Source: an uncultured Melioribacteraceae bacterium (GTDB lineage: Bacteria > Bacteroidota > Ignavibacteria > Ignavibacteriales > Melioribacteraceae). From it: 24,000 nt of DNA. The DNA is taken from contig CAZKKI010000013.1 of the NCBI GenBank assembly GCA_964553325.1, positions 2,189 through 26,188 of the forward strand, read 5' to 3'. The notes beneath the pieces were generated by a model. The model was given only the letters and a program-made list of their open reading frames with translations, was not told where the DNA came from and searched no databases. This document shows, piece after piece, positions 16,621-24,000 of the stretch. Numbering within the stretch: the stretch's first letter is position 1; each line of letters begins with the position of its first letter. The translations under genes were made by a program, and so were the position numbers.

Positions 16621-17886
16621 TTGGATAAGTTTATTATTAACGGCAAGAGGAAACTCTCGGGGAAAGTAAAAATAAGCGGTGCGAAAAATTCGTGTTTGGC
16701 TTTGATGCCCGCAACATTGTTAACCGAAGGGAAAAACGTAATCAAAAATGCGCCCGAAGTAAACGATACTTACACAATGATAAAGTTACTAAAAGAACTT
16801 GGTGCGGAAATTTCGTTTGAAAATTTCGTTCTCGAAATCGATACTTCGAGCATAACAAGCCAAACCGCACCGTACGAACATGTTAAGAAAATGAGGGCTT
16901 CGGTATATGTTTTGGGACCTCTTCTGGCTAAATACGGTTATGCCAAAGTTTCCATGCCCGGCGGTTGCGCTTGGGGTCCGCGACCTATTAATTTACATCT
17001 GGAAGCGATGGAAAAACTCGGTGCGGAGATAGAAATTGAAGGCGGATATATTATTGCCAAAGCTCCGAAACTTCACGGCGCTAATATAAATTTCGATATT
17101 TCTTCCGTCGGTGCAACCGGAAATGCTTTAATGGCCGCAGTGCTTGCAAAAGGAACAACAAAAATTACCAATGCGGCAATTGAACCGGAAATAGTTCATT
17201 TGGAAGAATATCTTGTTTCGATGGGTGCTAAAATCGACGGTATAGGAACGAATACGTTAATAATAGAAGGAGTTGACGATTTGAAACCTGCGGAAATTGA
17301 AAATATTCCCGACAGAATTGAAGCCGGTACTCTGCTAATTGCCGGAGCCATTACAAAAAGTAAAATCAGTATCGAATATCCGTTTATTAACCACATCGAA
17401 GCGGTGATACGAAAGCTTGAGAGCAGCGGAGTTGTAATCGATAAATCGAACGGAGAATTAGCAATTGACGCGAGCGATTTGGAAATCCAAGCGACCGACG
17501 TTACAACGTCCGTCTATCCGGGATTTCCTACCGATATGCAAGCGCAATGGACGGCATATATGACGCTGGCTAACGGAACTTCTACGATTACCGATAATAT
17601 TTATTTGGATAGATTTAAACACGTTCCCGAACTTAATCGCCTCGGTGCGGATATTGAGGTCAGGAACAACAGCGCGATAGTTAAAGGCGTTAAAAAACTT
17701 ACGGGCGCAAAAGTAATGTCAACAGATTTACGCGCTAGCGCCAGCTTGGTTTTAGCCGGTTTAGCTGCGGAAGGCACGACGGAAATTTTACGAATTTATC
17801 ATCTCGATCGCGGTTATCAACGAATAGAGGAAAAATTGCAGAGCCTCGGTGCGGATATTAAAAGGGTACCAACGCAGGAATTTTAA
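16621..17886 (+). CDS. murA: UDP-N-acetylglucosamine 1-carboxyvinyltransferase
   Basis: 421 aa. The N-terminus FIINGKRKLSGKVKISGAKNS, the active-site Cys loop GGCAWGPRPINLH, and the C-terminus LDRGYQRIEEKL are all MurA-like. The TTG start is preceded by GAGGGAAAA. Confidence 0.95.
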   Translation: MDKFIINGKRKLSGKVKISGAKNSCLALMPATLLTEGKNVIKNAPEVNDTYTMIKLLKELGAEISFENFVLEIDTSSITSQTAPYEHVKKMRASVYVLGPLLAKYGYAKVSMPGGCAWGPRPINLHLEAMEKLGAEIEIEGGYIIAKAPKLHGANINFDISSVGATGNALMAAVLAKGTTKITNAAIEPEIVHLEEYLVSMGAKIDGIGTNTLIIEGVDDLKPAEIENIPDRIEAGTLLIAGAITKSKISIEYPFINHIEAVIRKLESSGVVIDKSNGELAIDASDLEIQATDVTTSVYPGFPTDMQAQWTAYMTLANGTSTITDNIYLDRFKHVPELNRLGADIEVRNNSAIVKGVKKLTGAKVMSTDLRASASLVLAGLAAEGTTEILRIYHLDRGYQRIEEKLQSLGADIKRVPTQEF

Positions 17887-20120
17887 TGAGCAGATTCGGT
17901 TTTAAATTCGAAATATTTCAAATTTTTATTTTTATTACTCTGATAGCCGTCAGCGGGTTTTTCGCTTTTTTTGTCCCGCTTACAAACGTTATTGGTTACG
18001 AATATTCCGTTGTTACGGCAATTGTTACTTCGTTTTTAGGCGGTTTGTTGTTTATACATTTGGCAAGAAGTTCAAAACATTCGAATTTCAAAAATATTTT
18101 CTCCCAAAATTCCGTTCTTCTGATTGTTTTCATTTTTGTTCCGTTTTTTATCGCTTTGATGTCTTCTTTTATTTTGCGTATTTGTCCCGTTTCGGATGGA
18201 ATATATTTTTATCCCGTGATTACGATGGTTTCGTATTTCTACGGAATTGCGTTGGGTTATTTCGGTTTTTCGATAAACGAGAGATTTTCATACTTTTTAT
18301 TTGCGGCTCTTTTCTTGTCGGCTCTTTTTCTATGGGTTTTGGAGATTTATTTTAATCCTCAAATATACTTTTACAATTCGATACTCGGATTTTATCCCGG
18401 GACAATTTACGACGAAGATATTTCCGTTACGGTTAGATTGGTAGAATACCGTATTTGGATTGTGCTCTTTTCCGTTTTACTGATTTTCCTTGCGGAAATT
18501 CAACAGAATAGCAATTTGGTTACCAAAACCGGTATTATTTTTCTTACGGTGGTAATTGCAGCGGGGTTTTATTTCGCCAAACCGTTTTTGAGTTTTTCAA
18601 CGGACAAAACAAGAATTAAAAACGAATTACGATTAACTGTTAACACGCCGAATTTTAAAATCCACTTTCCGGAAAACACCGGTAAAGAAAACATCGAAAG
18701 AATTTCGTTTTTGCACGAATTTTATTATGCGATGTTGAAAGAGGAAATTCAACCGAGGGAAAATCCGGTAATAGAATCTTTCGTGTTTAAGAACGGGGAG
18801 CAAAAAAGGAAAATATTCGGAGCAAGCAATGCCGACGTAACGATTCCCTGGCGCAATCAGATTTTTATCAATATCGATGACGTGGAAAACGTATTGAAAC
18901 ACGAACTCGTTCACGTTTTTTCCGCCGAGTTCGGGGTAACGCCTTTTAAACTTTCGGATAAGTTTAATCCGGCGATGCTGGAAGGCTTTGCCAGCGCAAT
19001 CGAAAACGACTACGACGGCTACGAAATTCATACTTTAGCTGCAATTGCATATAAAAACGGATTTAAAATTCCTCTGAAACCGTTTTTCGGGGACTTTAGC
19101 TTTTTTGTTAGAACTTCTTCTATTTCTTACATTTATGCCGGTTCATTTATAAAATACTTGAAGGATTTATACGGTATCGAAAAAATCAAACTGTTGTACG
19201 GCAATTTGAACTTCAAACGAGTGTTTAACAGATCAATCGAAGAACTAGAAAAGCGGTATTTCGATTATCTCGAAAAATATCCTGCACCGGAAAACAATAA
19301 TATTGCTAAATATTACTTCGGAAGAAAATCGATTTTCAAAAAACATTGCGTAAGATATACCGCCAATCAACTGAAAAAAGCGTGGACTCTTTACCGTGAC
19401 GGAGCATATTTAAGCGCCGGAGAGATGTTTAATAGAATTTACAACAATTCTTATTCAGCCTCCGCGCTACTTGGCTGGGTTTCCAGTTTGAAAAAACAAG
19501 GCGAATATCATTTGGCCGAAAATATACTTTCCGAAAATATCCGGAATTTCGAAAATTCCGCATCGTATTATTCTCTCGAGATGAATTTAGCCGATATTTC
19601 GTTCTTAAATAATAATTTCGACAAAGCGGATTCGCTCTATAAAACTTTATTCAAACAAAACCCGCGCTTTAATTACAAAGCATTAGCAGATTTAAGGAGT
19701 AAACTGCTTAACAAAGGAAAGGGAATTTTAAGAAAATATCTGACGGGCTCGGAATTGGATAAATATGAAATACTGAAATCGATGTACGCAAAGTTCCGGT
19801 ACAATTCGTTTGTGCCGGCATTAATAGTTTTGGCGAAAAACTTAAATAAGAATTACAGTGATTTCATCGAATTTTTGAAAATAAATAAATTGAAATACGG
19901 CGGTACCGATTTAAATACTTACGCTCTGATGAAACTGGGAGAATATTCTTTCGTTAACTACGATTTTGAAAACTCCTTGAAATTTTTCAGAAAAGCGCAA
20001 AACGGTAAAGGTTTAAAAGTTTTTTATGCCCATATCGTGGAAAAAATAGATGCCGTAAATTGGATAATAGCAAATAAGAAATTCCTTAATAACGGATTGG
20101 AAATCAAATATTACAGATGA
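17886..20120 (+). CDS. uncharacterised polytopic membrane protein with a putative MA-clan zinc-metallopeptidase-like domain (HExxH...E) and a C-terminal TPR-like region
   Basis: 744 aa. Residues 1-235 contain 7-8 hydrophobic helices. HELVH is at aa 339-343 (nt 18900-18914), followed 22 residues later by MLEGFA (E366, nt 18981), as in Peptidase_MA-like gluzincins. Residues ~495-720 are helical repeats of TPR character. The start overlaps the murA stop (TAATG) and the stop overlaps the next gene's ATG (ATGA). Confidence 0.7.
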   Translation: MSRFGFKFEIFQIFIFITLIAVSGFFAFFVPLTNVIGYEYSVVTAIVTSFLGGLLFIHLARSSKHSNFKNIFSQNSVLLIVFIFVPFFIALMSSFILRICPVSDGIYFYPVITMVSYFYGIALGYFGFSINERFSYFLFAALFLSALFLWVLEIYFNPQIYFYNSILGFYPGTIYDEDISVTVRLVEYRIWIVLFSVLLIFLAEIQQNSNLVTKTGIIFLTVVIAAGFYFAKPFLSFSTDKTRIKNELRLTVNTPNFKIHFPENTGKENIERISFLHEFYYAMLKEEIQPRENPVIESFVFKNGEQKRKIFGASNADVTIPWRNQIFINIDDVENVLKHELVHVFSAEFGVTPFKLSDKFNPAMLEGFASAIENDYDGYEIHTLAAIAYKNGFKIPLKPFFGDFSFFVRTSSISYIYAGSFIKYLKDLYGIEKIKLLYGNLNFKRVFNRSIEELEKRYFDYLEKYPAPENNNIAKYYFGRKSIFKKHCVRYTANQLKKAWTLYRDGAYLSAGEMFNRIYNNSYSASALLGWVSSLKKQGEYHLAENILSENIRNFENSASYYSLEMNLADISFLNNNFDKADSLYKTLFKQNPRFNYKALADLRSKLLNKGKGILRKYLTGSELDKYEILKSMYAKFRYNSFVPALIVLAKNLNKNYSDFIEFLKINKLKYGGTDLNTYALMKLGEYSFVNYDFENSLKFFRKAQNGKGLKVFYAHIVEKIDAVNWIIANKKFLNNGLEIKYYR

Positions 20121-21538
20121 AAATGAACTTTAGCGAAACATTAAATAAATACAAGTACTTTTCGGTAATTGCCGGTGTTGCGGAAGAACTGAACACAAAA
20201 GTTTATGTTGTGGGCGGATATGTTAGGGATTTGATTCTAAAGAGAGAAAATTCCGAAATCGATTTTACCGTTTTGGGTGATGTTTTGAAGTTCGTGCAAG
20301 AAACCGCAAACCGGTTGAACGTCAAGAATGTTGCAGTGTTCAAAAGATTCGGCACCGCTCATTTCAAATATGAGGGAATCGATTTCGAATTTGTGGGAGC
20401 ACGCAAGGAATCGTATAGTAAAAACAGCAGAAAACCGGATGTTGCTCCCGGATCATTCGAGGATGATATTAAACGAAGGGACTTTACGATTAATACTCTG
20501 GCTATTTCACTCAATAAGGAAAATTTCGGCGATGTGATCGATTTTTTTAACGGTTTGGAAGACATTAAAAAGAAAATCATCCGTACGCCGCTCGATCCTT
20601 TCCGGACTTTCGACGATGATCCGCTCAGAATTATGAGAGCATTCAGATTTGCGGCTCAACTACAATTTTCAGTCGATTCGAAAATTATGGAAGCGGCCGA
20701 GAAAATGCGCGAGCGACTTAAAATCGTTTCGCAAGAAAGAATTACCGACGAGTTTTTGAAAATTCTCAAATCGCCCAAACCGTCCGTCGGATTAAAACTT
20801 TTGTACGACAGCAAAGTAATGGAAATCGTTTTCCCCGAAATTGCCCAACTCGGCGGAGTGGAACAGAGAAAGGAACATCATCATAAAGATGTGTTTTTAC
20901 ATACGATTCAAGTCGTTGATAATATAGCAAAAGTTTCTGATGATGTTTGGTTGAGGTTTGCCGCATTGGTGCACGATATAGCGAAACCCGCTACCAAAAA
21001 GTTTATAGATGGCGTCGGATGGACGTTTCACGGGCACGAGGAAATCGGAGCACGGATGCTTAAAAAGATATTTTACCGTATGAAACTACCGCTTTCCAAA
21101 TTGAATTATGTCGAGAAACTGGTCCGGTTGCATTTGCGCCCGATTGCGCTTGTATCCGACGAAGTTACCGATTCGGCCATCCGGAGGTTAATTGTTGCCG
21201 CCGGAGAAGATTTGGATGATTTGATTACTTTGTGCCGTGCGGATATTACAAGCAAAAATCCTGAAAAAGTAAACCGGTATTTGGCCAATTACGATAAAGT
21301 AATGGAAAAAGTGAAAGAAGTGGAAGAAAAAGATAAACTCCGCGCGTTTCAATCTCCGGTTAAAGGCGATGTTATTATGAAAGTTTGTAATTTGAAACCG
21401 TCCAAAAAAGTAGGGGAAATAAAAAAGGCAATAGAAGAAGCAATTTTGGAAGGTAAAATAGGAAACAACTACGAAGAGGCATACCGGTATTTGCTTGAGA
21501 TTAAGGATAAATTCTTGAACTCCGAGAACAACGGTTAA
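20117..21538 (+). CDS. cca: tRNA nucleotidyltransferase (CCA-adding) / poly(A) polymerase family protein with HD domain
   Basis: 473 aa. Class II nucleotidyltransferase head motifs are present: VVGGYVRDLIL, RRDFTINTLA and DDPLRIMRAFRFAAQL. An HD-domain region follows (HHHKDVFLHT...VHDIAKP...HGHEEIG). I cannot settle from sequence alone whether it adds CCA, CC or A, or acts as a poly(A) polymerase. Confidence 0.8.
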   Translation: MKMNFSETLNKYKYFSVIAGVAEELNTKVYVVGGYVRDLILKRENSEIDFTVLGDVLKFVQETANRLNVKNVAVFKRFGTAHFKYEGIDFEFVGARKESYSKNSRKPDVAPGSFEDDIKRRDFTINTLAISLNKENFGDVIDFFNGLEDIKKKIIRTPLDPFRTFDDDPLRIMRAFRFAAQLQFSVDSKIMEAAEKMRERLKIVSQERITDEFLKILKSPKPSVGLKLLYDSKVMEIVFPEIAQLGGVEQRKEHHHKDVFLHTIQVVDNIAKVSDDVWLRFAALVHDIAKPATKKFIDGVGWTFHGHEEIGARMLKKIFYRMKLPLSKLNYVEKLVRLHLRPIALVSDEVTDSAIRRLIVAAGEDLDDLITLCRADITSKNPEKVNRYLANYDKVMEKVKEVEEKDKLRAFQSPVKGDVIMKVCNLKPSKKVGEIKKAIEEAILEGKIGNNYEEAYRYLLEIKDKFLNSENNG

Positions 21539-21543
21539 TTTTA

Positions 21544-21575
21544 TAGGGGCGTCAGTTTTCGCCCCTAACTTTTTA
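21544..21575. terminator. intrinsic (probably bidirectional) terminator between convergent cca-family and dpp4 genes
   Basis: TAGGGGCG (21544-21551) pairs perfectly with CGCCCCTA (21560-21567) around an 8-nt loop, followed by AACTTTTT on the + strand. It occupies the 34-nt gap between the two stop codons. The T-run is good on +; only an A/T-rich tail is present on -. Confidence 0.8.
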
Positions 21576-23723
21576 CAGATTATCCAAAAAATATTGTGTT
21601 ATTTTGTTGTACAAATGTACGGCGTCCAATCCCACAACTCCGTGTTTATGTCCTACGTATGGAAAATAGTCGAGAGGTTTATTCAAGTTTGCTGCTTTTT
21701 TCGCAAATTTAAGTGTGTGTTGCCAAACAACAACCGGATCGGATGTGCCGTGAACCAAAAGTAATTTCCCGTTGAGATTTTGAACGTAGTTTAACAAATT
21801 TGCTTTTTCGTAGCCTTCCGGATTTTCTTGAGGCGTATCCATGTACCTTTCGGTGTACATGACTTCGTACATTTTCCAATCTATTACCGCTCCGCCCGCT
21901 ACACCTACCTTAAAAGTATTGTTGGTTCTTAACATTAGCGAAGTTGTCATAAATCCGCCGTAACTCCAACCGAAAACACCGATTCGATTTGTATCGACGT
22001 AACTTAACGATTTTAAATAATCGACACCGCGTAATTGGTCTTCAATTTCCGCCGTCCCGAGATTTCGGAAAGTCGCTTGTTCGAATTCCAAACCCCTGTT
22101 AGCCGAACCGCGGTTATCGAGCGTAAAAATAATGTAACCTTCTTGTGCCATTTTGTAAAACCATAACGCATAACGACCGCGCGGCCAACTGTTTGTAACT
22201 AATTGAGCATGGGGACCGCCGTAAACATAAACAATCACCGGATATTTATTGGCCGGATCGAAATCGGGAGGCGTAATCATCCTGCAATACAAATCCGTAT
22301 TATTTTCACCTTTAATGGTAAAGATTTTAAGATCACCCAAATTATAATCGCTTAACGGATTGCCGGAACGCAGCAATAACGTAACCGTGTTTCCTTTATC
22401 GTCGATTATTTTCGAAATGCCCGGCGTTCGTATATTCGAATACGTGTCGAAGAAATATTTACCCGAACTGTTGGGAATTACTTTATGTACGCCCGATTCT
22501 TTCGTGAGTTTTATTTTCAATCCCGTACGAATGTTAATTTTGTAATAATGTCTTTCAATCGGACTTTTTTCCGTTGTTTGAATAATTATCTCGTTGCCTG
22601 TTTTATCGAATCCCGCGAAATTTAAAACTTCCCAGCCGCCTTTTGTTACTTGTCTCTCCAAGTTTCCGTCCGTGTCGTACAAATACAAATGGTTCCAACC
22701 GTCTCTTTCCGAAAACCATAAAAATTTTGTCGGCTCTTTCGGTAAAAATATCAATTGATTTTCCGGTTCGACGTATTTATCGTTTTTTTCTTCGAATAAA
22801 GTTTTTACCGGTTCGCCCGTTTTCGTATTGTATTTTATCAACCGTAAATGATTTTGCTCGCGGTTTAAATGTGCGACGTAAATATATTTTTCGCTCGGGT
22901 CCCAAGTTACACAAGTTAAATATTGATCGGCGGGTTCGCCGGTTTTTAACCACACGGTTTGTTTAGATTCGATGCCGTAAATTCCGATTGTAACGTGGTG
23001 ACTTTTTTGTCCCGCCATCGGATATTTTATGGAAGCAAGTTTTGCGGGTACCGGATCGAAATCGACGATTGGAAAATCAGTTACCATTGTTTCGTCTTTC
23101 CTGTAAAATGCAACGTAATTGTTTTTAGGCGACCAGAAAATTCCTTTTATAATGCCGAATTCGTTACGGTGAACCGTTTGTCCGTTAACTATACCCGGAT
23201 TTTCGTCGAACGTTATTTGTTCCGTTTTGTTTGTATCGAGCGAAACATACAAATTATTATCGACTGTATATGCGATGTAACGGTTGTTCGGCGCGAAAGT
23301 AATATTAGCAGAGTTCGCTCCGGTTTTGTTGACTATGGAAACGGAATCCTTATCTGCAAAGTAATAAACCAATTTGCCGTTTTTCATAAAGCGGAAAACG
23401 TTCCCGTCAATCCATGCATATATCGGAAAACGGGAAACGGGAGTTGTTCCCGCTGCTTCGAGAGCGTTATTTAATCTATCCAAAGATATTGCGCTTTTTA
23501 CTTGCGAGCCGTGAACGGAAGCAATAACAAGGTTTGTTACGGTATCCGCTTGTTTTATGAAGCTGTAATCGTCCGTGCCAGGAATCCACCGGAATTGATT
23601 CACTTTTTCCGGAATTAGAGTTGTGTAAGAATTAAGAATTACATCTTCGGTTGTGAAATTTTTCTTTTGCGCAACCGTTAATGTTGAAATTAATATAATT
23701 AAAGTTAAAGCATACTTTTTCAT
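21573..23723 (-). CDS. dipeptidyl-peptidase IV (S9B prolyl oligopeptidase family), secreted
   Basis: About 716 aa from the ATG at 23723; an in-frame GTG lies at 23732. Has a signal peptide (MKKYALTLIILISTLTVAQ), a long beta-propeller-type N-terminal region and a C-terminal alpha/beta hydrolase. The nucleophile motif is GWSYGG, followed by HGTSDPVV (Asp) and GHKHG (His). Confidence 0.88.
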   Translation of the reverse strand: MKKYALTLIILISTLTVAQKKNFTTEDVILNSYTTLIPEKVNQFRWIPGTDDYSFIKQADTVTNLVIASVHGSQVKSAISLDRLNNALEAAGTTPVSRFPIYAWIDGNVFRFMKNGKLVYYFADKDSVSIVNKTGANSANITFAPNNRYIAYTVDNNLYVSLDTNKTEQITFDENPGIVNGQTVHRNEFGIIKGIFWSPKNNYVAFYRKDETMVTDFPIVDFDPVPAKLASIKYPMAGQKSHHVTIGIYGIESKQTVWLKTGEPADQYLTCVTWDPSEKYIYVAHLNREQNHLRLIKYNTKTGEPVKTLFEEKNDKYVEPENQLIFLPKEPTKFLWFSERDGWNHLYLYDTDGNLERQVTKGGWEVLNFAGFDKTGNEIIIQTTEKSPIERHYYKINIRTGLKIKLTKESGVHKVIPNSSGKYFFDTYSNIRTPGISKIIDDKGNTVTLLLRSGNPLSDYNLGDLKIFTIKGENNTDLYCRMITPPDFDPANKYPVIVYVYGGPHAQLVTNSWPRGRYALWFYKMAQEGYIIFTLDNRGSANRGLEFEQATFRNLGTAEIEDQLRGVDYLKSLSYVDTNRIGVFGWSYGGFMTTSLMLRTNNTFKVGVAGGAVIDWKMYEVMYTERYMDTPQENPEGYEKANLLNYVQNLNGKLLLVHGTSDPVVVWQHTLKFAKKAANLNKPLDYFPYVGHKHGVVGLDAVHLYNKITQYFLDNL

Positions 23724-24000
23724 TTTCTTCACTTTTTAGTTAAAAAATTTTGTGTAATATATAAAATTGTAGCGATTTTGTTGAATAAATTATCAGGTAA
23801 AGTTAAATATATAATGTTTCGATTCGAACGAAAGTGCTTGTTTTGTAACGCCGGATGTTTCATCTGCAATGAAATTTATCAGTACAGGCAAATCAAATAC
23901 GTTTAATAATCGTTCCGGATTCGATATGAAAAAATTTTCGCTTGTTATTTTTATTCAATTTCTTTGAAACAGAGCGAAATTTGATTAACTTTTCCAAACA

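Noticed and set aside
22643-23474. Two long + strand ORFs (107 aa and 171 aa) antisense to the dipeptidyl-peptidase IV gene
   Set aside because: The 171-aa ORF is codon-aligned with the antisense of the dpp4 reading frame. It stays open simply because that stretch of dpp4 lacks TTA, CTA and TCA codons. The predicted peptides are low-complexity, Arg/Phe/Cys-rich, and have no recognisable motifs or Shine-Dalgarno sequence. A rough estimate suggests about one such run by chance in a window of this size.
23817-23833. TTTCG-ATTCGAA-CGAAA hairpin resembling a tRNA T-arm
   Set aside because: The loop is offset from the TTCGAAT T-loop consensus. The upstream 50 nt are almost pure A/T with no D- or anticodon-arm pairing, and no acceptor stem can be formed.

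Overview
This AT-rich window (roughly 40% GC by eye) is densely coding, has no internal rearrangement that I can see, and reads as core bacterial chromosome. It holds 20 protein genes in four strand blocks. Most junctions are very tight: overlapping ATGA or TAATG stop/start pairs, or gaps under 45 nt.

Block 1 (+, 78-8669): fabG, acpP, fabF, rnc, gcvP, a CoA-binding protein, a single-POTRA Omp85-family outer-membrane protein, and rsmE.

Block 2 (-, 16463-8666): floA, a small membrane protein of unknown function, a UvrD/PcrA-type helicase, a membrane GT2 glycosyltransferase, then a nucleoside-salvage module cdd-tdk-nupC-punA.

Block 3 (+, 16621-21538): murA, a 744-aa polytopic membrane protein with an HExxH peptidase-like domain and a TPR-like tail, and a CCA-adding/poly(A)-polymerase-family enzyme.

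Block 4 (-, 23723-21573): an S9B dipeptidyl-peptidase IV.

I found no rRNA, tRNA, CRISPR array, transposase, integrase or prophage signature. The only strong intrinsic terminator lies between the convergent cca-family and dpp4 genes. The acpP-fabF-rnc synteny, Shine-Dalgarno-led genes and gene content suggest an FCB-group (Ignavibacteria/Bacteroidota-like) organism; this is inference only.

I do not see convincing evidence for a discrete novel system such as a defence island. The parts most worth a second look are:
- the uncharacterised membrane HExxH+TPR protein, translationally coupled between murA and cca;
- the floA-plus-orphan-membrane-protein pair, which lacks an NfeD partner;
- a structured acpP-fabF intergenic element;
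- a synthase-like membrane GT2.

All functional calls come from motifs I recognise by eye. No database search was run.
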